A stretch of 63,901 nucleotides of DNA, the filler included, from Octopus bimaculoides (lineage: Eukaryota), in assembly GCF_001194135.2 (NCBI RefSeq). It is 5 parts of 5 records of this genome, joined end to end, with 100 filler letters (N's around TTAATTAATTAA, not from the genome) between each part and the next. Parts side by side here need not be neighbours in the genome. Positions count along the whole stretch, not along the records: positions 29,861 to 43,559 come from NC_068984.1; positions 43,660 to 46,148 come from NC_068991.1; positions 46,249 to 58,241 come from NC_068986.1; 2 more parts are not named here. One strand, given 5' to 3'. Under the pieces are notes generated by a model. That model was not told the DNA's origin. It searched no databases and was given only the letters and a program-made list of their open reading frames with translations. The position numbers and the translations under genes were made by a program. This document shows positions 39,861 through 52,584 of this stretch, piece after piece. Each line of letters opens with the position of its first letter. Position 1 is the stretch's first letter.

Positions 39861-40103
39861 TTGAAATATATATATATATATAGCCGACATCGAGAGAATG
39901 ACGACAACTACTGCTACATCATTATCAAAAGAATTATGACATTTTCATCATCATCATCATCATCATTATTTCATTATTATTACATTAGTTTTGTAATTTC
40001 TCTGTCTGCTATAATCATATCAAATCATGTAAATCTGTTAAATGTCTCACAAACAATACCCTGGCACATATTAAACGCTTTTAAGTTGGAAGTACGGAGA
40101 ATC

Positions 40104-40158
<55 letters not shown>

Positions 40159-42559
40159 GCTGGAATACATATTATCGGACGTCTGGACAGATAAGAGCCA
40201 ACCAGTTCTAGAGCACCCGCTATTAACCAACTGCAATAATTCTGATGGTCATGCAAAGAATATCTGTAGAAAAAGGTTTTAAGAAATATCTTTTACAATG
40301 TAAGCAATGGAAATATTAGACTACAATTGTCTAATATAATATAAAGCAAATAATACATTTCGTTGAAACAGGTGACCTTTAACTTCAGTCCAGCATTATG
40401 GATTAAAATTTCAGCGATCATATGAAATGAGCAGTGTTGTACTTTTTTTAATGTTCATGTGTACAGCTGGAAGATTACGTATTAGTGTTTGAATATCTAT
40501 ATTTTATACAATTCAACCAGTATATATATATTTCTTTGGTTGATAATATGACAATGCATAAGCCCCACATTGGCTCTTTTATTTGTGCTTGTTTAAAGAG
40601 ATGAGGAACACATTAAATGATTAATGTGCTCTCACTTGTGCTGAGTAAATTTTCCGAATTTATTACTACCTATTTGAGATAAATATAAACTCTGGGAATT
40701 AAAATGTTCATGATAGCAAGAGAAATTAGATACCTGAACTGAGCTTGATATAATCTCATAAATCTGTAGAATAACCATATGTTGTATGTGAGGCTAACTC
40801 CATTTGTCAATTTTGGTTTGAAACCAAAAAATTACACAATTGTTTCTGCTGTTTCAATAAATACTAAATATATTGTCTTCGTTCTGATTGAGTATAATAC
40901 GTAAGATATAATTGAAATGAGTTATTCATTTGAAATGACATATTGTGCTATATATTTTGTTAGGTCATGTAAAGTTTAAGAGAATATTATTGACCTCAAA
41001 TGAGATTCAATTCTGTTGCTAACCTGTAGCATCCTACTTTAGGATACAGGTTTCTAAGTTCCAATCGAAGTAAAAGCAGTCTTCTATATTGTAGCTGTAA
41101 CTTATGTAGTGTAACAGCCATTTATTTTTTTCGGATAAATTGAAGGAATAAGTTAAATGGAATATCCTCAAATACGAATTACTTAGCTAGCACAATTAAT
41201 CTAATGTTCTCACTCCACAACGCAAGCTACGTAAATGGCAAATATTTAATTTAAGTAAATACAATCTAATAAACAAGAAAGGAAAATACTGCTTTGACAT
41301 TTATTAAATATGAAATATAACTTACGAATTTTACAATTCTGAAATTTGGTGTGGCAATTGTTTAACAATTTAATAGTTGAGACTTGTTGCAGCGGATTGA
41401 TTTTTGAATTCTCTATCCCAAATTAGATCTATAATTTATTAATGCTTCTAGTTAAATCCAATAACTGATATGCGAGCATTATAATAATGCATAATCAAAG
41501 TAGTATTGTTTCTCTTTTATATAACTCAGATACATTGGCATAAAAGCGGTAATAAAAACCTTGAAAGGAACTTAAATGTGTAGCTTGATTATAATTTTAT
41601 GGTTCTATTAATATAGCTAGATTATATTGCGTGCAATGAGAAACTAAATATGAGTAAGTATTTGGCATAAATTCAGATATATTTAATATTTATAAGTGCA
41701 ATACGCATTTTAAACCTAACACACGAATACATAACCAGACATAATGTGTCCAATGCTTCCATGAGAATGTATCGTGTATGTAACAGAACTATTATAATAG
41801 CATGATTTTGAGGTCAGTTATGTCTCTTTTACATTGAGTTCAAATTCTGTCAGTCATATCAATGAAAAGCAAATATTGATTTACATGGCGGGACAAAGTA
41901 TTAGAAATTGAACATAAAAAAAGAAAACAATAAGGGATCAAGAATAACTTTGTATTCAGTGTAAGATTCCTATCCGTAATGAGATGCAGCCAGTATAGAG
42001 TGAAGTACAGTAAGAAATTTTCTTCGATGCAACTATACTCAGAAGTCCCGCGCCGATGCAATAACACACACTTGGTAGAAATCAAGTAGTATCCTTGTAC
42101 GACCACAGTCAGATGGACTGCAGAAGTGGTGGTGTTTCTGCATCTCAGATGCACGTGATATCCTTTTCACCGCATAAAGCAATGGCCACTTTTGAAAATA
42201 CCTTTGGTAATTTCTGCTCTAACTTTAGGTAACCGCTGAACCTGTGATGTGTTTATCTATCCTCTTCACATGCTTACTGTGTTAGTCCAGCTGGGTTTCT
42301 AACATACATCCTTGGGCACATCTTCTGGTCAGAGTGGTTTTAACATTTGTGAGGTGAGAATGTAACAGATTGTAACGGAATATAGATAATCACTAGAACT
42401 TAAGGGCGATTCAAGTTGTCTTTCCATCATATCTCTGAGGTTACTAACTACAAAGTGTAGAGGTACAGAAATGGATCAAATCTAAATATATGAAGGAAAT
42501 AACAAAACAAGAGTTGTAAAGATGCTATTCAGGAAGTATTCGTTGATTGGAGACAAAGG

Positions 42560-42960
42560 TGTATATGCCGAAAAATTGCAGAGCACTTCTGCAACAGGTC
42601 GTCCAACGAAAAGCTGTACGTACATCAGAAGAATTACATACACGGCTATGTTACAAAGCTTTTGTAAGTAATAGTAACATACAAATCAAATTGGTTTTCA
42701 TAGGACCAATAGCCAGCATATATACTCTCATTCTGACGAGTACGTTTTGTCAGCACAGAAACAAGAAAGAATAACGAATTATCTTTTGCAGAAGAGTGGA
42801 TAGGGATGCAAGTACTACCAAGATGCAATGTCTGATGCAGCCCATGTAGAAAACACACTGATGATGTCACCCATATCATCTGTACCTGCCCGAAGATGTT
42901 ATCTGTTTTAGGTACCTGTGAGGAATGATGTAGTCAAATAATTTACAATACTAACTTTAG
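42560..42960 (+). mobile_element. R4/Dong-like RLE element, CCHC-knuckle region remnant
   Basis: IHGYV, SHSDEYVLSAQKQE, C.V*CSPCRKHTDDVTHIICTCP, RNDVV match the HG..., EG...A.QEQ, CRLC...E...HI...C and RHD.VA motifs. Confidence 0.65.
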
Positions 42961-43293
42961 AGGAGATAAATTTTAGATTAAAAGTATAACATTGGATTGC
43001 ATTTGTTGAGGATATGTTGTTGTATATGACGTGTAAATCTACTCTGAATACAAAGATATTGGTAAATAAACAGCTGTCGAGTGTTCCTTAAGACATACCA
43101 TGAAGCTATACTCAGTTTTAGAGCAATGAATTCCGCCTAGTATCAGGATATATGGGCAATGACCCTTTCCAGATTTACACAACCTGCTATGATTATAACA
43201 TGGAGAGAGAATTACATCAATAATAATAATAATATTTTAAAAAAGTGTTGACGTCACTCTTCACGAAGGTAAATAGTCAAGACGAAGAGTGCG

Positions 43294-43357
43294 ATTTTAG
43301 ATGTTTTATTTTTTGAACAACATTTCGACAGAACGTCTGTCTTTCTCAAGTTCAAAC
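43294..43357 (-). ncRNA. Hammerhead-ribozyme-like motif (U3-A8 core variant), probably from a Penelope-like repeat
   Basis: Minus strand UUGAGAA-a-gacaga/cgu/ucuguc-GAAA-uguu...aaca-UC; stem I imperfect. Confidence 0.45.
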
Positions 43358-43559
43358 CAAAAGGTGATTGAAAATTCAAAATTTCAGAAACCAAACATAA
43401 ACTATGAACGTGAGTAACCAGCGTCCATACGTTGATAGAATGACATGATCAGCTTTTGTCAGTTTTTTAATAAGCAGAAAGAAAGAAAGAAAAAGGAAGT
43501 CGATAGAAAAAGAAAAGAAAAAGAGAGAAAGAAGAATATTCAATCAAACAGTTTTGTAT

Positions 43560-43659
43560 NNNNNNNNNNNNNNNNNNNNNNNNNNNNNNNNNNNNNNNNN
43601 NNNTTAATTAATTAANNNNNNNNNNNNNNNNNNNNNNNNNNNNNNNNNNNNNNNNNNNN
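43560..43659. other. Artificial assembly spacer N44-TTAATTAATTAA-N44
   Basis: Exactly 100 bp, same layout as 29761-29860. Confidence 0.95.
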
Positions 43660-43703
<44 letters not shown>

Positions 43704-43932
43704 CATACATATGGAGGTTATGAGAGGTAATGGTGTCAGTAAGACCCAAAGGCGTCAGGTAATGCTGAGTGAGTGCTATGGATAGACCATAGTTAAGCTC
43801 CAGGTTCGGTGATTATGTGAATAAGGAGTCCAACATAGGTCATATATCAGTGTGTGTTAATTTAAAAATTTTTTTTCAGAATGAGATAAAAAACCAAGGC
43901 TGTGAGGATTTTAGAACATTTATAAATAGAAG

Positions 43933-43977
43933 GTCTTACAGCTGTTTCCAGGATATTTATATCCCTTCATCGGAGAC
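43933..43977 (-). ncRNA. Minimal type I hammerhead-ribozyme motif
   Basis: gucu-CCGAUGA-agggauau/aa/auauccug-GAAA-cagcug-UA^agac: stem I gucu/agac, 6-7 bp stem II, palindromic helix III (acagcugu), GUA triplet; U4>C change. Confidence 0.7.
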
Positions 43978-44274
43978 GGTGTGAAAAAATGGTTAAGCAA
44001 TAGTTAATTTAGATAAAATACGAAATAGAGAGTGAAGTGGAGGAATGAAAATAGATGTGAGATATGCAGGATATTGCATTTGTAGATCCATTATTTAGAC
44101 AGAATGGTATACATATAAGATTCGAATACCTTGTGAGTAAAATATACATATATATGCATATATACATATATATGTGTGTTTGTGTGTGTGTGTGTGTCAT
44201 ATATGTCATTCAGCTAAACCCTTTATGAATGGGAAACCTAAGGTAATCCCATAAACCAGCCTTCCCCATTTTTA

Positions 44275-44552
44275 ATCATCATCATCATCATCATCGTTTA
44301 ACGTCTGCTTTCCATGCTAGCATGGGTTGGACGATTTGACTGAGGACTGGTGAAACCGGATGGCAACACCAGGCTCCAATCTGATTTGGCAGAGTTTCTA
44401 CAGCTGGATGCCCTTCCTAACGCCAACCACTCAGAGAGTGTAGTGGGTGCTTTTACGTGTCACCCGCACGAACGCCAGTCAGGCGGTACTGGCAACGGCC
44501 ACGCTCGAAATGGTGTATTTTATGTGCCACCCACACAAAAGCCAGTCTAGGG
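44275..44552 (-). mobile_element. Non-autonomous repeat family E with (GAT)n tail (RTE-type tail)
   Basis: Reverse complement of 63362-63653; gttggcgttaggaagggcatccagctgtagaaac...aaacgatgatgat. Confidence 0.85.
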
Positions 44553-45309
44553 NNNNNNNNNNNNNNNNNNNNNNNNNNNNNNNNNNNNNNNNNNNNNNNN
44601 NNNNNNNNNNNNNNNNNNNNNNNNNNNNNNNNNNNNNNNNNNNNNNNNNNNNNNNNNNNNNNNNNNNNNNNNNNNNNNNNNNNNNNNNNNNNNNNNNNNN
44701 NNNNNNNNNNNNNNNNNNNNNNNNNNNNNNNNNNNNNNNNNNNNNNNNNNNNNNNNNNNNNNNNNNNNNNNNNNNNNNNNNNNNNNNNNNNNNNNNNNNN
44801 NNNNNNNNNNNNNNNNNNNNNNNNNNNNNNNNNNNNNNNNNNNNNNNNNNNNNNNNNNNNNNNNNNNNNNNNNNNNNNNNNNNNNNNNNNNNNNNNNNNN
44901 NNNNNNNNNNNNNNNNNNNNNNNNNNNNNNNNNNNNNNNNNNNNNNNNNNNNNNNNNNNNNNNNNNNNNNNNNNNNNNNNNNNNNNNNNNNNNNNNNNNN
45001 NNNNNNNNNNNNNNNNNNNNNNNNNNNNNNNNNNNNNNNNNNNNNNNNNNNNNNNNNNNNNNNNNNNNNNNNNNNNNNNNNNNNNNNNNNNNNNNNNNNN
45101 NNNNNNNNNNNNNNNNNNNNNNNNNNNNNNNNNNNNNNNNNNNNNNNNNNNNNNNNNNNNNNNNNNNNNNNNNNNNNNNNNNNNNNNNNNNNNNNNNNNN
45201 NNNNNNNNNNNNNNNNNNNNNNNNNNNNNNNNNNNNNNNNNNNNNNNNNNNNNNNNNNNNNNNNNNNNNNNNNNNNNNNNNNNNNNNNNNNNNNNNNNNN
45301 NNNNNNNNN

Positions 45310-45363
<54 letters not shown>

Positions 45364-45493
45364 ATGTATGTATGTATGTATATGTATGTGTGTAATAAAT
45401 ATTATATATATGAGTCTCAATGCATGGAATTTTTGCCACGTGAGTCAATCTCTAACTCTGCAGATTCATCATCATCATCATCATCATTTAGCA

Positions 45494-45804
45494 TATAGGT
45501 TTTCAAAGTGGGCATTACTGCCCCATCAGTGAGCGTTGAGACGGTCCAGGTAGGTGCTGGTGCCTAAGGGGGCAGGGGCGGTAGAGAAAAGGGGTCGTTG
45601 TGAGGAAAAGGGGGATGCTATGAATTTATAACATTATTATTATAGTATTGTATACAAAGCTAATATCAAATATCAAATGATTCACAGTATATATAAATTA
45701 GTAAAATATAAAATAATTATTTATACATAAAAATAGGGGTAGGGCACTGAGGGTATTATGTGGCCATGAGGGGGGAAGTGGCTCAAAAAGTTTGAGAACT
45801 TCTG
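45494..45804. mobile_element. hAT (Charlie-like) MITE with 8-bp TSD
   Basis: Degenerate TIRs tataggttttcaaag / tttgagaacttctg; identical ATTTAGCA at 45486-45493 and 45805-45812. Confidence 0.85.
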
Positions 45805-45895
45805 ATTTAGCATCTGTTTTCCATACTGACATAGGCTTGACAATTTGACTGGAACTGGTAAGCTAGAGAGCTGTACCAGGTTCCAGTCTGACTGT
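45805..45895 (-). mobile_element. Family E fragment interrupted by the MITE
   Basis: (CAT)n tail left of the MITE (45465-45493) and the continuation tttccatactgacatagg...accaggttccagtctga on the right. Confidence 0.7.
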
Positions 45896-46107
45896 TGAAT
45901 CCCTTCTCCATCCGCAATATATTCTCCACTGAATAGCCATTCCACCTACCTGTTACCACTCACTATATTCCCATCTACCAGCTCCCACTCTCCTTAAACA
46001 ATCTTGTGAACTCAATTGCACTCTCAAATCCCAAGTTCTCTTCATGATAAACTCCGCCCTGTTACTTCAGTCTATGACTCCTGCCCCTTCCCTGTCATAT
46101 CTCCACC

Positions 46108-46148
<41 letters not shown>

Positions 46149-46248
46149 NNNNNNNNNNNNNNNNNNNNNNNNNNNNNNNNNNNNNNNNNNNNTTAATTAA
46201 TTAANNNNNNNNNNNNNNNNNNNNNNNNNNNNNNNNNNNNNNNNNNNN
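46149..46248. other. Artificial assembly spacer N44-TTAATTAATTAA-N44
   Basis: Exactly 100 bp. Confidence 0.95.
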
Positions 46249-46307
<59 letters not shown>

Positions 46308-47254
46308 TTAGCTACGTACACACATTTCTAAATCATCAGAACGATCAAAAGAAGTCGGTGTAACCGTTTTAATATGTTTACCTTGTTAGATTGTCGCGAC
46401 AATATTCTCAGCTTTACACTCAACTTACTAGTTGAACTGGTACACATATTTTACATCTTTTGGTGAACTTGGAGATACAAATTACTTTTGGCACTTCACC
46501 ACTAGTACTACTACCACCATTACTATAATTTAAACACCCAACAAAACCACGGTGGCAATGTTTATAAGTATGACGGGCGGTCCGATCTCCGTGGGTATCT
46601 CATCGCGGGTGCGTTACCTGCAAGAAATAACAGTCGGGGGTTATTCTAATGTTATGTATTCGAACATTTTGTAAGTTCTCCAATTTACCAAATCCGATGG
46701 CATACCGAATCAGATAGTATTCCTCTTTCAACCTTTAGTTATAGTACTGAGAAGTAATTACCCGATGAAATGAATTCCAGTCCCCTTTCGTAGGGGACTT
46801 ACACCTGGATAGGAAACACTGTTATTCTCAGTGCCCATTTCCAACAAGATGTCCTGAATCGATCATTTACAGTTAAATGCATTGCCACAGGTACACGACA
46901 GAGCATTAATTGGACTAGACTGGATACGAACTGCTGACCTCTAGACAAGTTAACCTTTACTCTAGAAGCTGAGTCATATATGTTTTTGTCTTCTTTTCTA
47001 TTTCAGTTAATTTAGCAAGTTCTGTTCAATTAATAGTCTTATTTGGGCTAATTTAGTCCAGTTTAACATAATTAAAAGTTACAGAGTTCAAAACGTTTGA
47101 CACTTATTTCATATTTTGACATGAAAATAAACACAGTTTGTATTTACGACGTTATTTCCAGTAATGTTCAACAAATAAATATCACAATTCAGTCTTGTTG
47201 CACTAAAAATTATAAAATGAACTGGTTGGTATAAATGGCACATCGATGGTCGGA

Positions 47255-47637
47255 GTGGAGGCGCACTGGCCCAGTGATTAGGGCAAGCGGACTCGCGGTC
47301 ATAGGATCGCGGTTTCGATTCCCAGACCGGGGCGTTGTGAGTGTTTATTGAGCGAAAACACCTAAAGTTCCACGAGGCTCCGGCAGGGGATGGTGGCGAA
47401 CCCTGCTGTACTCTTTCACCACAACTTACTCTTACTTCCTGTTCCTGTTGTGCTTGTAATTCAAAGGGTCAGCCTTGTCACACTGTATCACGCTGAATAT
47501 CCCCGAGAACTACGTTAAGGGTACACGTGTCTGTGGAGTGCTCAGCCACTTGTACGTTTCTTTCACGAGCAGGCTGTTCCGTTGATCGGATCAACTGGAA
47601 CCCTCGATGTCGTAAGCGACGGAGTGCCAACAACAAC
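47255..47637 (+). mobile_element. tRNA-derived SINE family C, full-length
   Basis: gtggaggcgcactggcccagtgattaggg (A-box), ggtttcgattccc (B-box), tail gacggagtgccaacaacaac. Confidence 0.9.
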
Positions 47638-48045
47638 GATGGGCGGAATGACTTAATATTTTATTTCATTAAAAGTTCGATTTCATTAGAATTTCATTGC
47701 TTTGCTTTTCTTTTATTGTCTATAAAGTTTGTACCAGTAATATGCTGCGATCGATTCGGTCAATCATCTTCAAACATACACACTCTTTATTTTGGCATCT
47801 GTGCCAGTATACACAATTACAATCCTTATTCTTGGAGTGTTTTTGAAAATAGAGTTATTTGATTTCTTAGTGTAATATATCGCTCTTTCTTATTTTACAT
47901 GGTCAGACGTCATTTACAGTAGAGTTTGTTGCCATTTCTTGTTGGTGAAATGATGGCTTTTGTGTTCGTTTGTCTGTTAATATAGAGACCATTGTGCTGC
48001 AATGAATGGACTCACAGTAAAACTGTGATATATTTCTTAAAATTA

Positions 48046-48447
48046 GGCGCAGGAGTGGCTGTGTGGTAAGTAGCTTGCTTACCAACCACATGGCACCAGG
48101 TTCAGTCCCACTGCGTGGCACCTTGGGCAAGTGTCTTCTACTATAGCCTCAGGCCGACCAAAGCCTTGTGAGTGAATTTGGTAGACGGAAACTGAAATAA
48201 GTCCGTTGCATATATGTATATATGTATGTGTGTGTATATGTTTGTGAGTCTGTGTTTGTCCCCCCAACATCGCTTGACAACCGATGCTGGTGTGTTTACG
48301 TCCCCGTAACCAAGCGCTTCAGCAAAAGAGACCGATAGAATAAGTAGTAGGCTTACAAAGAATAAGTCCTGGGGTCAATTTGCTCGACTAAAGGCGGTGC
48401 TCCAGCATGGCCACAGTCAAATAACTGAAACAAGTAAAAGAGTAAAA
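48046..48447 (+). mobile_element. tRNA/CORE SINE family B, full-length
   Basis: ggcgcaggagtggctgtgtggtaag, ggttcagtccc, CORE-like gcaccttgggcaagtgtcttc, internal (TA/TG)n, tail aaaggcggtgctccagcatggcc. Confidence 0.9.
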
Positions 48448-49870
48448 TGACAAAGGTGACAAGGTGGCAGAATTGTTAGAACAGTAGGAAAAGTACTTTG
48501 AGGGCGTTCTTCTGGTTCCTCACATACTAAGGTCAAATCCTGCTAAACTTTCGGTTCCGACAAAATAAAGTAAGTCCAGTATTGGGATTGACTAAACCCT
48601 GTCCTCAAAGTTGCACGACCCATTGTAAATAACTAAAAATAAAACGCCTACCTGTTAGAACGTCGGAATAATACCAATGTATTTTTCTTCCGGCTCTTTA
48701 TGATCTGAGTTCAAAAGTGGACTAGAGTTCTAAAGACAAGATCAGAAGCAACCAAGAAGTGTTCCAATTGGATCCGCTCAAGGAAATTGGATCTACTCTG
48801 AAAAGGGAACTTCATAAAGTATAGTTTACCTTTCATTCAACTGATGTCTCAGACCGAAGTGGTTACGGCTTCCAAGGTACCTTGTCTCTGGAGCACCTTC
48901 ACCATTCTGTAATGTCCAGCCTATACGCAAACGTGTAGCAAAAAGGACAGCAGCAGAGGGGTATCGAGGAGTCATTACCTGGATACTAAAACACTTGCTT
49001 AAGGGGAAACTTCTTCTTCGAAGACCTGTTGCTCAACTCTCATTCGATTTCATACATGTCGAACACATAGCATGAATTTATTTCTATTAGATTTGCAATA
49101 TGGAGGAACTGTAAGTTTAACTCAGATAACCCTTATCTAGGCTTGAAACTGGTACGAAAGATGTAATTTTCGCTCCCTGGGAGGCACAGTAAATTTTCGA
49201 GTTCTAGGAAAATGTGGTATGCTAGGCACCTGAAAATACAGTATGTGTCTGAAGCAAATACAGATTCATCCAATTTGGAGGTACCTTTGAGTATAGGCCT
49301 ACAACATCAGGAGTGATCTGGATCGAAACAGCAACAATATAGACCAGTGAATGGTTTAAACTTAGCAGATATGTAACAGATGGTTCACTAAATGTACCAG
49401 AGTAGATCGGGTCATATATTGCGCAAAAATCAATTTATATTTTACGTTCAAACTTTATCGAAATTGAATTTTATCTGTCTGGAGTTTAAATAAAATAAAA
49501 TATTAATGAAGTCAATAAAGGCGCGTAAAACGTTTATATCTGACAAAAAATTTTTAATTTTGTAATTTAAAACGTTTTTTTTTAAATCCCAAATTTCACT
49601 TATCCTCCCATGATATGAATTTCCTTGTCCTTTAATAGTACACATTATCATTTATCCCATTTACGGTTCTACTTGTAACCCATTCTCCCTGTTTCTTAAT
49701 GACTTACTCTTTGTGATTATTTGTCGGCAGTTGTTAGAGTCATTACAGACAACACACAACCGTATCATGTTCACCATTACAGTGACACGAAATTGGTACG
49801 AACATCAATCACATTAGCTTCTTATCTTTGACAACATACATGTCTGTCTATCTATATGTCCATCTGTATT

Positions 49871-49930
<60 letters not shown>

Positions 49931-51089
49931 CAGATTTGTGCGTGTGTGTCTATGTATGTATATGATTCAATGTGGTCAGTGTTGTTGTGGCCGTGAGCTT
50001 ATTGCTGTGACTATGGGCAAGTTGCGGAATTTTACATTTCTGTTTTTAACGAACTTGAAGAAATGATTGCAAACGTAATTACAAAAGTTACTCAAGGCAG
50101 ACGATCTCACTATGCAATAAAAGATTCATTCTCTTTCTCCACTCTTTCTGTCTCTCGACTCAAAGTTACAGGAATAATAATTATGTACCGTCTGAAATCT
50201 CTTGTCGCTTGTCAGGAAATAAACTTAAACTTACACAGAACCAGAACCATACAATAGGAACTTCTAAAAATAAATTTGAGGCCGAAAGACAATTGTTGAT
50301 ATTTAGTTTCGGTCTATCACAAAGGCGTTCTAGTCAAGACGATCCCCACTTTTGGCTTTTAGACACAAAGTACCTTTGATTGTATTGTCTATTGTGTTCC
50401 TCTCTTTTTAAGATGGTTGGATGCGATTTGCCTCTAGCTACGTGTAGGTAAAACGATTGAATAGAATCTCTCCAATCGGTTCTTCTTGTCGTTGCTGTTG
50501 CAGTTGGTTTTATTACACCGGGTCAGACCTAATCGGTCGGCTCTGTCTTCAAAGGATTTCCATTCGTGGATACTCCTCCTTTTTTTTTTCTTCCAAACAC
50601 AGTGTTCCGGTGTAAATATTATCCAATGCATACTTTCATATTAACATGGTAAGGTGTGATTTGATGGCTTGACTGTTATTACCAGCAACTTGAGTGACAA
50701 AGTAGGTGCTCTCTCATAGGTTTGGATATTATTATCTATTCAACAGAGTGCAATAAAATTTACCGCTATATAATTGAGACTTCCCGTCAAACAAAATATA
50801 TTATAGATGATGACTCTTTCTTCCAAACATATAGCATCAACCCTACGCCCACTAGTCTTTTTTACCAGTACTAGAAAGCCTTGCCACTAGTTTATAGGTA
50901 ATTCTAAATTATTCCGGCTACTAGTCTGATATATATAATGCCCCAGTGATTTCAGACATAAATATAGAAGGGTAGCTAAAGAAATTAATTGCCTCAGAAA
51001 CATATTGCTTTGGCCAACTTAAGATGCCAAGTATTATGAAGTCCTCCTACGATGACACGATGAGCACTGTGTACTATGACAGATCTAGG

Positions 51090-51390
51090 TCCAGAAAAGT
51101 GAGAGTCGCCACCTACTGATGTCCTCTTCAACGTTAGAGAAAGTTGCAATCGAAGCTATGTTCTTTACTGGTGATACCGCATCTCTTCAATCACAACAGA
51201 CGGATTATAAACCCCTATAGACGGATTTTCAAGAGCTTGTTTACAGATTTCTTCTCTCACTCAGTCTCAAGAAGACACGAGTCAAGAGACAAAGCACTTC
51301 ATATCCTCCTTACATTAAGATCAAAGGCAAGAAACTGGGCTTGTTATATGTATTTACTTAGTTAATATGACGTCTGACAGTGTAAGGTAA
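51090..51390 (+). mobile_element. RTE-clade RT motifs 5-7 remnant
   Basis: MFFTGDTASL (for LFADDAAL)...SLSLKKTRV...PPYIKIKGKKL...VFT*L (for FTYLG). Confidence 0.65.
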
Positions 51391-52301
51391 TTCTTCATTC
51401 GCTGCTTTCGCGGATTCCCGTGACCCTCTGTCGCCATCCAATTCCATTATTAAACATTTGAATTGAGACCTTGTGTCATAGTAATCTTTCATTAGCTGAT
51501 TACACAACCACCTATGGATGCGTTGTTGTTGCCCTCTTGGTAGAACTTGATCTTCTAGGACTCTTCCACTCAGCACCAATGTAACAAGCACCGTTGGCTC
51601 AGTTGAGCTCTTTTGCTACCTCTTCACAACCCACCATGCAGCAGTCCCATGGCTTAGCCGTATCCCTGGGAGAATGGTTGAACGGATGCTATGCCTTGCT
51701 AAAGGTCAGCCCGTAAATATGCAGTATACAGGGTATGGTCGTCACTCAGTAAGGTATTTTCAGCACACACGCATACCCTAATAGGTACATACAACTAGTG
51801 CTCAGGTTGTCTTACTGCCTTAACACTCCACCTTGAACTACAACAAAAAGCTGGGATATTATAGCTGATTAATGATAGGATATAGGCGGTTTCTCAATTG
51901 AACAGGTTCGTGTATGATACAATAAAAGTATAAAAAGGCAAACACCTGGTATCAGGTTAGACTATAATATTCATATATTTAAACATGAGGATTAAGTTCT
52001 TACCTGAATATAAGAAATAACTATATATGTAATGTATGTGCTTGGTGCAAATAAGATTAAAGCCTATTGCATATATATATATAGAGAGAGAGAGACAGAG
52101 AGAATTATGATAATAATATTAGGGATAAAAATCCAAATTTACAGGTAAAAACTCAATTAAATTTAATTTATTAAAGATTAAAATTAAATTAAGTTTCACA
52201 GTATATAATATATAAATATATAATTTAGAGAAAAGAACCACAATTCCTGAACTGTGGATTTTCATGGATGAGATCAGAAATTGTGGTTCTTTTCTCTAAA
52301 T

Positions 52302-52360
<59 letters not shown>

Positions 52361-52542
52361 GTGCGTGCGCGTGTGTTTTTACATATATGTCTGCGCATAC
52401 ATATGTATATAAACACACATTTATATACGCATTGCATACGCACACACAGACACATATAGAATATAAAAAAAGAGAGGAGCTTTTTTTATGAGTACGACCG
52501 GATTAGTTAAATCCATATAGCGTCCATTAAATTTGCGCGCGT

Positions 52543-52584
<42 letters not shown>

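Noticed and set aside
44350-44550. Two highly similar peptides (MKPDG...LQLDALPNANHSESVVGAFTCH) at 44350 and 63371
   Set aside because: Antisense translation of two copies of non-coding repeat family E, not a paralogous gene pair
44447-45532. Long ORFs of 300-400 aa (also 56430-57659, 61845-62888, 28597-29157)
   Set aside because: Almost entirely X residues from N gaps
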